Origin: Bacteroides sp.
Lineage (GTDB): Bacteria > Bacteroidota > Bacteroidia > Bacteroidales > UBA7960
Reading direction: 5' to 3'
NCBI GenBank assembly: GCA_036351255.1
Contig: JAZBOS010000021.1
Span: 20,053-84,052 of the forward strand
Length of the DNA: 64,000 bases
Shown: piece after piece, positions 28,748-38,368 of the stretch
Layout: each line of letters opens with the position of its first letter
How positions within the stretch are numbered: position 1 is the stretch's first letter
Notes under the pieces: generated by a model
Told to the model about the DNA's origin: nothing
The model's input: only the letters and a program-made list of their open reading frames with translations
The model's database searches: none
Position numbers and translations under genes: made by a program

Positions 28748-31147
28748 ATGTCAGAAGAAAACAAAAATCTGAACCCTTCGGAAGAGCAGCCGGCAGAAAA
28801 GCCTGTTGAGCAGACCGAAAACCAGTCCGAAGCAGTAGAAACGCCCGCAGAAGAGGTTGCTGAAACCCCTGCTGAAGAGAATGTTGAAACCCCTGCTGAA
28901 GAAGTAGTGGAGCCCCCTGCTGAGGAAGTTAAGGAAGAGCCTAAGGCTGAAGAAGTTGCTGAATCTCCTGCTGAAGAAACCGCTGAAACCCCTGCTGAAG
29001 AGGTAGTGGAGACTTCCCCTGAGGAAGTAAAGGAAGCGCCTAAAGCTGAAGAAAAACCTGAAACCCCCAAGAAAAAAACCGACGCATTCACCCAACAGGT
29101 TCCCGGCGAATTTGACTGGGATTCCGTAGGCAAGAAGCAGGAAGCTTATTCCCCCGCTGAACGTCAGCGCATGGAAAGCCTGTATGATGAGACACTGAAG
29201 TCGATTGGCGAAGGTGAAGTGATCGATGGTACGGTCGTTTCGATGAACAACCGTGAGGTGGTGGTCAACATTGGCTTCAAATCCGATGGGGTTATTCCTG
29301 CCGCTGAAGTGCGTTACAACCCAGACCTGAAGATTGGCGATGCCATCGAGGTGTATGTAGAAAGCCAGGAAGATACCAGTGGACAGCTGGTGCTTTCGCA
29401 CAAGAAAGCCCGGACACTGCGCTCGTGGGAACGCATCAATGCAGCCATGGACAACGACGAGATCATTAATGGTTTTGTGAAGTGCCGTACCAAAGGCGGT
29501 TTGATTGTCGACGTCTTCGGTATCGAGGCTTTCCTGCCCGGTTCACAGATTGACGTTAAGCCTATCCGCGACTATGATATCTATGTTGGCAAGACCATGG
29601 AATCCAAAGTGGTCAAGATTAATCACGAATACAAAAACGTGGTCGTATCGCACAAAGCCCTGATTGAAGCCGAACTGGAAATTCAGAAGGCAGAGATTAT
29701 TGCCAAACTTGAAAAAGGACAGATTCTGGAAGGAACTGTTAAAAATATTACCTCCTACGGTGTGTTTGTTGACCTTGGCGGAGTGGATGGTCTTATCCAC
29801 ATTACCGACCTATCCTGGGGACGCATTAACCATCCTGAAGAGATCGTCAATCTTGACGAAAAGATCAATGTGGTTATTCTCGACTTCGATGAGAACAAGA
29901 AGCGTATTGCCCTTGGTCTGAAGCAGCTTACCTCCCATCCCTGGGATTCGCTCGATCCGAATATGAAGGTAGGTGATAAGGTCAAAGGTAAGGTTGTGGT
30001 TATTGCCGACTATGGCGCATTCATTGAGATTGCTCCTGGTGTAGAAGGTCTTATACACGTTTCCGAGATGTCATGGTCTCAGCACCTGCGCACCGCTCAG
30101 GACTTCCTGAAGGTTGGTGATGAGGTGGATGCCGTAATTCTGACGCTCGACCGCGAAGAGCGCAAAATGTCACTGGGTATCAAACAACTGATTCCCGATC
30201 CATGGGAAAACATCGTTGAGAAGTATCCCGTTAACTCCAAGCATACCGCTACTGTTCGCAACTTTACCAACTTTGGTATCTTTGTTGAGTTGGAAGAAGG
30301 TGTCGACGGCCTGATTCATATTAGTGACCTTTCCTGGAGCAAGAAGATCAAGCACCCTGCCGAATTCACCAAGATCGGTGAAAGCATTGAAGTGGTCGTG
30401 CTGGATGTTGACAAGGAAAACCGCCGCCTGAGCCTTGGCCACAAGCAGCTTGAAGAAAATCCATGGGATGTATTCGAGAGCGTATTTACCATTGACTCCG
30501 TACATCAGGGGACCATTGTTGGGACTTCCGATAAGGGCGTGATCGTTTCGCTGCCTTACGGTGTGGAAGGCTTTGCGCCTACCCGCCACATTGTGAAGGA
30601 AGATGGTAGTCCTGCTAAGATGGACGAAACCCTTGACTTCAAAGTGATTGAATTCAATAAGGAAAGCAAGAAGATCGTTGTATCGCACACCAAGGTTTTC
30701 CAGGATGTGAAATCATCTGAAAGGGCTGCCGAGACCAGCGAACGGAAGGCTAAAGAGAAGTCTACCAAGACGGCCGTGAAGAAAATCAAGGACAACATTG
30801 AGAAAACCACTCTTGGTGACCTGAGCGTTCTTGCCAACCTGAAGTCAGAGATTGAGAAGACCGAAAAATCCGCTCTGAAGGAAAAGCTGGCTGCCATGGA
30901 CGAGAAAGAAAAGGCTAAGGAAGAAGCGAAAGCTGAGGAACCTAAAAAAGAGCCCAAAGCCGAGAAGCCCAAGGAAGAGCCTAAGGATGAAGAATCCAAG
31001 GAGGAACCCAAAGCTGAGAAACCCAAGGCCAAAACTACCCGCAAGAAAAAGGAAGAGGCTCCTGAAGCTGAAACCCCCGCTGCGGAAGAAAAGCCTGCTG
31101 ACGAAGAAAAGCCTGCTGACGAAGAAAGCAAGGAAACCAAGGAATAA
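28748..31147 (+). CDS. rpsA: 30S ribosomal protein S1 with long acidic N-terminal and K/E-rich C-terminal extensions
   Basis: 799 aa. Six S1-motif repeats are recognisable (GEVIDGTVV..., FVKCRTKGGLIV, GTVKNITSYGVFVDLG, GKVVVIADYGAFIEI, ATVRNFTNFGIFVEL, GTIVGTSDKGVIVSL). They are flanked by low-complexity tails. Confidence 0.9.
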   Translation: MSEENKNLNPSEEQPAEKPVEQTENQSEAVETPAEEVAETPAEENVETPAEEVVEPPAEEVKEEPKAEEVAESPAEETAETPAEEVVETSPEEVKEAPKAEEKPETPKKKTDAFTQQVPGEFDWDSVGKKQEAYSPAERQRMESLYDETLKSIGEGEVIDGTVVSMNNREVVVNIGFKSDGVIPAAEVRYNPDLKIGDAIEVYVESQEDTSGQLVLSHKKARTLRSWERINAAMDNDEIINGFVKCRTKGGLIVDVFGIEAFLPGSQIDVKPIRDYDIYVGKTMESKVVKINHEYKNVVVSHKALIEAELEIQKAEIIAKLEKGQILEGTVKNITSYGVFVDLGGVDGLIHITDLSWGRINHPEEIVNLDEKINVVILDFDENKKRIALGLKQLTSHPWDSLDPNMKVGDKVKGKVVVIADYGAFIEIAPGVEGLIHVSEMSWSQHLRTAQDFLKVGDEVDAVILTLDREERKMSLGIKQLIPDPWENIVEKYPVNSKHTATVRNFTNFGIFVELEEGVDGLIHISDLSWSKKIKHPAEFTKIGESIEVVVLDVDKENRRLSLGHKQLEENPWDVFESVFTIDSVHQGTIVGTSDKGVIVSLPYGVEGFAPTRHIVKEDGSPAKMDETLDFKVIEFNKESKKIVVSHTKVFQDVKSSERAAETSERKAKEKSTKTAVKKIKDNIEKTTLGDLSVLANLKSEIEKTEKSALKEKLAAMDEKEKAKEEAKAEEPKKEPKAEKPKEEPKDEESKEEPKAEKPKAKTTRKKKEEAPEAETPAAEEKPADEEKPADEESKETKE
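28838..29053 (+). repeat. Nine tandem 24-nt (8-aa) coding repeats E-[TPSEA]-[PS]-[APK]-E-E-x-x inside rpsA
   Basis: Translated units: ETPAEEVA ETPAEENV ETPAEEVV EPPAEEVK EEPKAEEVA ESPAEETA ETPAEEVV ETSPEEVK EAPKAEE. The string gaaacccctgctgaaga recurs three times at the DNA level. Confidence 0.85.
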
Positions 31148-31172
31148 GATCCTTTGTTTTTTGCAGATAGAA

Positions 31173-31215
31173 AAATGCCGTCCTGGAATTTTCCAGGACG
31201 GCATTTGTTTTTCTT
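31173..31215 (+). terminator. Rho-independent terminator after rpsA
   Basis: AAATGCCGTCCTGGAA / TTCCAGGACGGCATTT long perfect stem followed by GTTTTTC. Confidence 0.8.
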
Positions 31216-31436
31216 ATCTATAGACAAGAGCCAGGAAGAGCCTGCTATTGCAGGTTAATGGAATACCTGATCTGGAGATTTATTGTATTCCTGAATGATA
31301 TTATCCAGGCATTTTATGTTAACAAAGAATCCTTTACGGGTTTCTATAATCCCCGCTTAAAGTAAAGCTTTCCGTGAATTTAAAAAATTCAGCGCCTTTA
31401 AGACCTTTGCTAAACGGAAGAATTCCTGGTAAAAGA

Positions 31437-32351
31437 TTATTTGCAGATCTCTGCCGCTTTTTTTGAAGCTTCGGGATGCCCCAGACTGCTGGCTTTGTGG
31501 AAGTCTTCGCAAGCGCCCCTTAGATCGTTGGTTTCCATTCTCAGAAGTCCACGCTGGAAATAATTCTCGTCGGTGCGGAGACTAAAAGTGTTGATCAACA
31601 CCGTGTAATCAGCAATTGCCTGGCTTGACATCCCTGCCTGGGCATAAGCGTTAGCCCTTAACTGGTAAATATGGGCGTAATTGCAACCGTTTTCAATGGC
31701 AACGCTCAGGTCTTCGATAGCATCAGTGAACTGCTCCTGCTTAATGAAAAGCTGGCTGCGCTCAAGCCTGATGTCAGCGTGTGACGGATCGAGGGCAACT
31801 GCCTTCGAGAGGTCTTCCAGCGCTTCCATCACCTTTCCTGACTTAAGATAATGTTTTGCGCGGAGGTGAAATACATTTGGGTTTCCCGGGGCTAATCCTG
31901 CAGCCCTGTTCAGGTCATTCATGACGGTTCCGTTTCGCCCGGCATTGTAGCCTATTTCTGCTCTTAACAGGTAAGCCTCAACCAAGGTGGTGTCGACCTC
32001 AAGGGCCTGGTCAAGGTCCCTCAGGGCTTCGCTCTCCATCCCTTTTCGGATGCCTGTCAGCGCCCTGTAATAATAGGCCTCTCCATGATTGGGCTGGATT
32101 TCGATTACCTTGCTGAAATCGTGATGGGCTTCGGAAAGCTTCCCCTGTTCCAGGTGAGTCTGGCCCCGTTTAAACCATGCCTCGTAAGCCTTTGGATCTA
32201 TTTCAAGGGCTTTGGTGAAGGCATTGGAAGCCGCTTGGTAATTGTTTTCAGCAAAATATTGCAGCCCCTTGAGAAGATAGTCGCGCGAGGTCTGTGAGAA
32301 TGCAGGAAAAGTGATAAGCAGGGTTAGGATGAATACAAAAAAACGGGACAT
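31437..32351 (-). CDS. Secreted tetratricopeptide (TPR) repeat protein
   Basis: 304 aa with a signal peptide (MSRFFVFILTLLITFPAFSQ) and repeated 34-aa A/Y/L-rich TPR-like units (AYYYRA, AYLLRA, VFHLRA...). Confidence 0.7.
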   Translation of the reverse strand: MSRFFVFILTLLITFPAFSQTSRDYLLKGLQYFAENNYQAASNAFTKALEIDPKAYEAWFKRGQTHLEQGKLSEAHHDFSKVIEIQPNHGEAYYYRALTGIRKGMESEALRDLDQALEVDTTLVEAYLLRAEIGYNAGRNGTVMNDLNRAAGLAPGNPNVFHLRAKHYLKSGKVMEALEDLSKAVALDPSHADIRLERSQLFIKQEQFTDAIEDLSVAIENGCNYAHIYQLRANAYAQAGMSSQAIADYTVLINTFSLRTDENYFQRGLLRMETNDLRGACEDFHKASSLGHPEASKKAAEICK

Positions 32352-32493
32352 GAAACGTATTAAGAGAGGATGTATAAATAGACTGTTTTTCAGGGTTTTG
32401 ACTCTGCAAAGTTAAGCATTTTCATGGCCCCGCAAAAGTAAAGGCAAAGAATAATTTGACGACTCGAAAAACACCCTTAAAAAGTAAGATTCA

Positions 32494-35439
32494 TTAAGTT
32501 TCGCGCAAGGAAAGCAAAAGAACATCCACCGGATGGAGGGATTTTCTGCCTGTGCCATCCAGGATTTGGTGGCGGCAGCTGGTGCCTGAAGCCGAAATGA
32601 TGGTATCAGCAGGGGCTTTTCTTATGGCAGGCAGCAGGTTCATTTCAGCAATCTGCATGCTCAGTTCAAAATGTTCCTTTTCATAACCAAAGGAACCTGC
32701 CATGCCACAACATCCGCATTCAATAGGTGTAACTTTGTTGCCAGCCGGGATGCGCAGCATGGCGAGGGCAAAGTCGTTTTTCGACAGGGCCTTTTGATGG
32801 CAGTGTCCGTGGAAGAGGATATCCCGCTTTTCGGCCGAAAAACGGCTGCCATCAATACGGCTGGCTTCGTATTCGCGGAAAATGAACTCCTCGATGGTGA
32901 AGGTGTTTTTTGCCAGTCTCAGGGCTGCTTCCCGCTTTTCTTCAAGGCAAAGGTCAGGATATTCGTCACGAAAACTCAGGATGGCAGAGGGTTCAATGCC
33001 AATAAGGGGTCTCGATTCGGTCACTATTCCTGATAAAAGAGAGATGTTCTCATTGGCAAGGCTGGCTGCCTTCCTGAGTAATCCCTTTGAAAGGGCTGCC
33101 CGCCCGCTTTCACAGTGCTCAGGGATCTCCACCCTGTAGCCAAGTCCGTGCAACAATTGGATCGCGTGAATCCCCGTTTCAGTATCGTTAAAATTGGTAA
33201 ATTCATCACAGAATAACCATATTTTTTTGCCCCCCTTGATTTGCCTGTTGAGGGATTCAAGGTTTTTCCCCGCCCATTTTTTCAGCGTTGTTTTATGAAG
33301 CAAGGGCATGCTTCGTTTTTGTGCAAAGCCCGCTGCACTTTTTATCAAGGCTGACGTCAGGCGGTTTCTAACCAGGGCATTGTAAAAGCCTGGTACCAGA
33401 CTGACAAATTGGTTTAGGGTTGCAAAGGCTGCTACCAGCCTCGATCGGAACGGGGTTCCATTGGTTAGGTAGTATTGCTGCAAGACTTCTGCCTTATATC
33501 GACCCATATCGACATTCGATGGGCATTCGGCTTTGCAGCCCTTACAGGACAGGCAAAGATCAAGAACGTTGATCAGTTCCTTATGATCGAAGGGGTTCTT
33601 TTTCTGAGAATTGGTGACAATCTCGCGCAGCACATTTGCTCTTCCGCGGGTAGTATCGGTCTCATTGAGCGTGGCGTGGTACGAGGGGCACATGACCCCA
33701 CCCATGGATGCAGGTTTTCGGCAGTCGCCAGAGCCGTTACATTGTTCAACTGCCCTTAAGAAACTCTCTGAAGGCCCATAGTGAAAAAATGTTTTCAGTT
33801 TGCGTTCCGGATAGCCTGGCCGGTAACGCAAGAAAGTTTTAATAGAAGGGGTGTTGGTAATCTTCCCCGGGTTGAACAAGCATTGAGGATCCCAGGTTTT
33901 TTTTACCTCATGCAACAAGTTATACACCTTATCGCCTAGCATCAGGGGAATAAACTCTCCGCGTAAGCGACCGTCGCCATGTTCCCCGCTGAGTGAGCCA
34001 CGATATTTTTTTACCAGCAGGGCGGTTTCGTGGGCTACTTTGTGGAAACGCTCTACATCGGTAGGGTTTTTCAGGTTGAGGACAGGACGAAGGTGCAATT
34101 CGCCCGTGCCGATATGCGCATAATAAACACTGCTCAGGTTTAGCTTTTTCAGAATCTGGTTCAGCTTACCGATAAACTCAGCCAAATCCTTAACACTTAC
34201 AGCTGCATCTTCAATTACAGCTACTGGTTTTGCATCTCCAGGAACATTTGAGAGAACCCCAAGCCCGGCTTTCCGCAAAGCCCAGACACGGTTGATGTCT
34301 TTTCCTGTTACCAGTGGGAAATGATACCCCAGGCCTTTCTCACGTAAGGCACTTTCCATTGCTTCGGCTGCTGCCAGGATAGTCGCCCGCTCCTCGGCCG
34401 CAAATTCCACAACAAGAATGGCACCAGGATCACCCTGCACAAAGAACCGATTGCGGGCCTGGGCAATATTGGCCTTGGTACATTCAAGTACCACATTGTC
34501 AATGAGCTCAACGGCTACCGGCCCGTATTGAAGTGCAACCAGATTGGCGTGTAACGCTTCTTCCACACTATTCAGATGAACGCATACCAGTGCGTTTTCA
34601 GCGGGTGGTAAAGGAACAAGGTTCAGCTTTATTTCCGTAAAAAGGGCCAGCGATCCTTCTGATCCCGACAGCAGCTTACAAAAGTTGAATGGTTCAGGGC
34701 TCTCCCCAAATACTGCATTGTCGAGAAGCAGGTCGAGGGCATATCCTGTATTTCGCCTTTTAATCTGGGGATTAGGATATTGCCGTTTTATTTCCTCCTG
34801 ATTTTCAGGATGGGAGAGCAGGGCCTGAATCTGGTTGTATATTTTGTTTTCCAGGCTGTTTCCGATGCACTTTTTTCGGAAGGCTTCATTGTCCAGCGCC
34901 TCGAAAATGGCTTCACTGCCATCGGCGAGTAAGGCTTTTATGGAAAGGGTGTGATCGCGAGTGCTGCCATAAACCAGTGAATGCGAACCACACGAATTGT
35001 TGGCCACCATGCCACCCATCATGCAACGGTTCGAGGTAGAGGTTTCCGGCCCAAAAAACAGCCCGTGGGGTTCCAGTATCCGGTTTAGATCATCCAGGAT
35101 GACTCCGGGCTCAACCCTTACCCAACGCTCTTCGACATTAAGTTCCAGAATGCTGGTCATGTATCTGGAGAAATCCACCACCAGGCCGTGGCCCACCACT
35201 TGTCCGGCAAGGGAGGTCCCAGCGGTTCGGGGGATGATGGGCAGGGTGTGCTCACGGCAGAATGCCAGGATTTTCTTGAGATCATCGGTGTTTTTAGGCC
35301 GGCAAACGCCTGATGGCAACTCCCTGTAGACCGAGGCATCTGTAGCATATAGCATTCGCCAGGTAGGATCGTAATGCAGATCGCCTTCCAGCTGGTTTGC
35401 CAGAATATCAAAAGGAAATGGGTCTTTGGAGGATGCCAT
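32494..35439 (-). CDS. FAD-binding and Fe-S-binding oxidoreductase, YdiJ-like (GlcD-type FAD oxidase fused to GlcF-like 4Fe-4S/CCG domains); candidate D-2-hydroxyglutarate dehydrogenase
   Basis: 981 aa. N-terminal FAD_binding_4-like region (IIPRTAGTSLAGQVVG), a ferredoxin-type cluster motif CLSCKGCKAECPSNVDM, and C-terminal Cys-rich (CCG-like) repeats (CGCCGMAGSFGY). Confidence 0.7.
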   Translation of the reverse strand: MASSKDPFPFDILANQLEGDLHYDPTWRMLYATDASVYRELPSGVCRPKNTDDLKKILAFCREHTLPIIPRTAGTSLAGQVVGHGLVVDFSRYMTSILELNVEERWVRVEPGVILDDLNRILEPHGLFFGPETSTSNRCMMGGMVANNSCGSHSLVYGSTRDHTLSIKALLADGSEAIFEALDNEAFRKKCIGNSLENKIYNQIQALLSHPENQEEIKRQYPNPQIKRRNTGYALDLLLDNAVFGESPEPFNFCKLLSGSEGSLALFTEIKLNLVPLPPAENALVCVHLNSVEEALHANLVALQYGPVAVELIDNVVLECTKANIAQARNRFFVQGDPGAILVVEFAAEERATILAAAEAMESALREKGLGYHFPLVTGKDINRVWALRKAGLGVLSNVPGDAKPVAVIEDAAVSVKDLAEFIGKLNQILKKLNLSSVYYAHIGTGELHLRPVLNLKNPTDVERFHKVAHETALLVKKYRGSLSGEHGDGRLRGEFIPLMLGDKVYNLLHEVKKTWDPQCLFNPGKITNTPSIKTFLRYRPGYPERKLKTFFHYGPSESFLRAVEQCNGSGDCRKPASMGGVMCPSYHATLNETDTTRGRANVLREIVTNSQKKNPFDHKELINVLDLCLSCKGCKAECPSNVDMGRYKAEVLQQYYLTNGTPFRSRLVAAFATLNQFVSLVPGFYNALVRNRLTSALIKSAAGFAQKRSMPLLHKTTLKKWAGKNLESLNRQIKGGKKIWLFCDEFTNFNDTETGIHAIQLLHGLGYRVEIPEHCESGRAALSKGLLRKAASLANENISLLSGIVTESRPLIGIEPSAILSFRDEYPDLCLEEKREAALRLAKNTFTIEEFIFREYEASRIDGSRFSAEKRDILFHGHCHQKALSKNDFALAMLRIPAGNKVTPIECGCCGMAGSFGYEKEHFELSMQIAEMNLLPAIRKAPADTIISASGTSCRHQILDGTGRKSLHPVDVLLLSLRET

Positions 35440-35476
35440 ACTAAGTCAGGCGGTGTGTGAAGGATTCCGGTACACC

Positions 35477-36298
35477 CTACATGCCGGGTTGTTTTTTATA
35501 GAAATTGGTGCTTTCGAAAATCTTGTCGGCATTGGCAGCGATAAAACCGCTGTATTGTTTTCCATTTGCATCATTGTACCTGAGGGTGAACTCGTAGAAA
35601 CACGATGGGATCTCGAATACCCCGTCGGAAAATTCAAAAGGAATAATCTCTGCCTTCGTGGAACTTTGTTCAAGCAGTTCTTCGGGTGCACCATAAATCT
35701 CACTTCCACCAACCACGTTCATCATAAAACCATAATCCCTGATAAACTGGTTGACCTGCTGGAGGGTTTTGAAATTTTTTAGCGCATTGACCTTAATGGC
35801 AAAATGGTTGGCACGGAAACCATATACAAGGGTCCAGGCAGCATATTCGCTTTCCTGCCGAAGGGTGTCGTACATCTGGAAAGGTATTTTTCCCCATATG
35901 CTCCCCTGGTATACCAGCAAAGGATCTTCATAAACTTTCTGGTCGATGGCATCAAGTTTTTCGCGTATGATTTTCTGTAGGGAATCGCTGCATTGTTCCA
36001 GCAGGAGCTCGCTGATAAACACCTTGGGGGCCTCGGGATCCGTCTTGTGCTCATAATGACGCCCCAAAACCTTTTTTGCCTTAAACTCATATTGCCCTCG
36101 TTTTTCATATCCATTGTCAGTGAACACCCGTGCAATCACATCCATGTTCATACGGGGGTCATTGAAGGTGCGAAGGGCTATATGGTCATGAATCACTTTT
36201 TCGCCCATACCCGTGAAGATCTCATAGATTTGCATGGCTGAAGGGTTCTGGGTGGAATAAGGAATCCAGAAGCGGTTGAATATTTCTTGCGTATCCAT
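35477..36298 (-). CDS. DUF1338 family protein (HglS-like 2-oxoadipate dioxygenase/decarboxylase candidate)
   Basis: Contains the DHIALRTF block that I recognise as the hallmark DUF1338 metal-site motif. The ORF-track start is TTG 36325. I prefer ATG 36298 (MDTQEIFNRFW...). It lies 37 nt upstream of the YdiJ-like gene on the same strand. Confidence 0.55.
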   Translation of the reverse strand: MDTQEIFNRFWIPYSTQNPSAMQIYEIFTGMGEKVIHDHIALRTFNDPRMNMDVIARVFTDNGYEKRGQYEFKAKKVLGRHYEHKTDPEAPKVFISELLLEQCSDSLQKIIREKLDAIDQKVYEDPLLVYQGSIWGKIPFQMYDTLRQESEYAAWTLVYGFRANHFAIKVNALKNFKTLQQVNQFIRDYGFMMNVVGGSEIYGAPEELLEQSSTKAEIIPFEFSDGVFEIPSCFYEFTLRYNDANGKQYSGFIAANADKIFESTNFYKKQPGM

Positions 36299-36383
36299 AT
36301 CTGGGTCTTTTTTAGTTTGAATCAAAAGTCGGAAAAAAAGTGTGAAACACCAACGCTTTTCTGGTTCGCATACATTAATAATC

Positions 36384-36851
36384 TTAGTCTTCCTTTTCTT
36401 CAGTGTTTTCTGTTTGCAGCAGCAATAAGAGGTTCCTTAGCAATGACAAGGTCAGCAGGGGGAAAGCCACGGTAAACAGCAGTTTAATCCAAGTCTTTTC
36501 CAGAATGCCTGTCAGAATAAAAGTCCATATAATGGCAAGGAATACCAGGTCCACCAGAATCAGGATTACATTGCCGGGGTCTTTTCGCATCCATTTTGGG
36601 AAAGGCAGTGTGGGCTCTTGTTCCGAAACGTTGCGCACAAGCCTGTAAGTGCAAAACACCCATATACCCGGCAAGATAAAACCCAGCAGAAGCCCAACGG
36701 CACCAAAGGGCAATAAACCGAGAGAGTAAATCGCCCCCATGATACCCTGTCCCCAGAAATTCAGCTGGTAATTGTTAGAATTACCTACGGCTGCTTCTAT
36801 CAGACTTTCAAGGACTTTAGGAAGATTTAAGGGCGATGGGTTCAATGACAT
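36384..36851 (-). CDS. Hypothetical integral membrane protein (about 4 TM helices)
   Basis: 155-aa ORF with four hydrophobic stretches. No motif recognised. Confidence 0.5.
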   Translation of the reverse strand: MSLNPSPLNLPKVLESLIEAAVGNSNNYQLNFWGQGIMGAIYSLGLLPFGAVGLLLGFILPGIWVFCTYRLVRNVSEQEPTLPFPKWMRKDPGNVILILVDLVFLAIIWTFILTGILEKTWIKLLFTVAFPLLTLSLLRNLLLLLQTENTEEKED

Positions 36852-36961
36852 CTCGAATATTATCTAAAGGTGTGTAAATTCAATTCAAAAATAAAGTTAA
36901 TTTGCAAACAGGTTTTAAAGGTTTACCACTTCTTTAAAATAATCACCAAAAACCACTAAGT

Positions 36962-38335
36962 ATGAGAAAGAAAAACACTGCTGCCAGCATGCTTCTCCTG
37001 TCTTTATTCCTGTGCTTTGTATTGCTGACAGGCTTTAAAGGAATAGCCCAGAGCGGGGAGACACAACCTGACACGCCCGTTAAGACCGGTTGGAAACTGG
37101 GAGGCGTTTTGCCCACGATCACTTTCGACAGCGACCTGGGTTTCCAGTACGGCGCCCTGGTCAACCTGTTCAACTATGGTGATGGATCCAGGTTCCCCCG
37201 TTATGACCACTCCCTGTATTTTGAAGTTTCACGCTTTACCAAGGGAAGTGGCTATAACCGCTTCTTTTATGATTCCGATCAGCTCATCAAAGGCATCAGG
37301 ACCACTTTTGACCTGAGTTATATTACCGACCCATTGATGAGTTTCTATGGTTTTAATGGCTACGAATCAGCTTATCACCCCGGTTTTGTGGATGATGAAG
37401 ATGAGGACAACTACATAAGCCGGGCCTTTTATGCTCACGACCGAAAAATGTTCCGTACCAAGATTGACTTGCAGGGCAGGCTTAGTGGTGAGAACCTTCG
37501 CTGGGTCTCCGGATTTGAAGCTTACAATTTTTCGGCGGGCAGTGTTGATTTGGAGAAACTGAATAAAGGAAAGGATGAAGAAGATCTCCTGCCGGATGTC
37601 CCTTCCTTATATGACAAATATGTTGAGTGGGGCCTGATCGGCGAAGAAGAAGCTGAAGGTGGCTGGCTTAATTACCTGAAAGCCGGGCTTTCATACGATA
37701 CCCGCGACAATGAACCCAATCCCATGAAAGGGGTATGGTCGGAAGTAGTGCTGATGGTAGCTCCTGGATTTATGGTGAGCGGCGAAGAATTTGGCCACGC
37801 CAAAGTATCCGTCACCCATCGCCAGTACTTTACTTTGGTTGAGAACGACCTCTCGCTGGCCTACCGACTGGGGGTGCAAAAAACCGTTGCCGGCAATGCC
37901 CCCTTTTATGCACAGCCACTGGTGATGACATCTTTCCTGAGAGGCAATACTTCCGAGGGCTTGGGGGGCTCAAAAAGCCTGAGGGGCATTTTGCGAAATC
38001 GGATCGTAGGCGATGGCTTTGCCATGGGTAATGTCGAGCTGCGATGGAAATTCGTCCGTTTTGATATAGGGAATACCAATGTTTATCTTGGCCTCAACGG
38101 CTTTGTCGATGGGGGTTTGATTATTGATCCCATTGAATTGGACCTCTCATCGGTGCCTGCTGAAGAGCGGCAGATCCATTTCGATGCCGATAAGGATGAA
38201 CTGCACCTGAGCGCAGGAGCTGGCCTGCGTGTCGCCATTAACCAGAATTTTATCGTTGCCGTCGATTTTGGGAAAGCTTTTGATGAACGCGATGGCAATA
38301 CCGGTTTTTATATTGGGCTGAATTATTTATTTTAG
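36962..38335 (+). CDS. Outer-membrane beta-barrel protein, Omp85/bacterial-surface-antigen (D15)-like
   Basis: 457 aa with a signal peptide (LLLSLFLCFVLLTGFKGIAQS). The C-terminus GFYIGLNYLF ends in Phe, as in OM beta-barrels, and an alternating beta-strand pattern is visible. Confidence 0.55.
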   Translation: MRKKNTAASMLLLSLFLCFVLLTGFKGIAQSGETQPDTPVKTGWKLGGVLPTITFDSDLGFQYGALVNLFNYGDGSRFPRYDHSLYFEVSRFTKGSGYNRFFYDSDQLIKGIRTTFDLSYITDPLMSFYGFNGYESAYHPGFVDDEDEDNYISRAFYAHDRKMFRTKIDLQGRLSGENLRWVSGFEAYNFSAGSVDLEKLNKGKDEEDLLPDVPSLYDKYVEWGLIGEEEAEGGWLNYLKAGLSYDTRDNEPNPMKGVWSEVVLMVAPGFMVSGEEFGHAKVSVTHRQYFTLVENDLSLAYRLGVQKTVAGNAPFYAQPLVMTSFLRGNTSEGLGGSKSLRGILRNRIVGDGFAMGNVELRWKFVRFDIGNTNVYLGLNGFVDGGLIIDPIELDLSSVPAEERQIHFDADKDELHLSAGAGLRVAINQNFIVAVDFGKAFDERDGNTGFYIGLNYLF

Positions 38336-38368
38336 CATTTAATAAAACCCGGATTTGATTTTTTCAGC

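Noticed and set aside
28751-31227. Several long minus-strand ORFs (216, 172, 223, 119 aa) opposite rpsA
   Set aside because: They are generated by the low-complexity GAA/GCT-rich repeats of the S1 tails. Their translations are S/F/G/L-rich repeats without signals. S1 motifs define the true frame.
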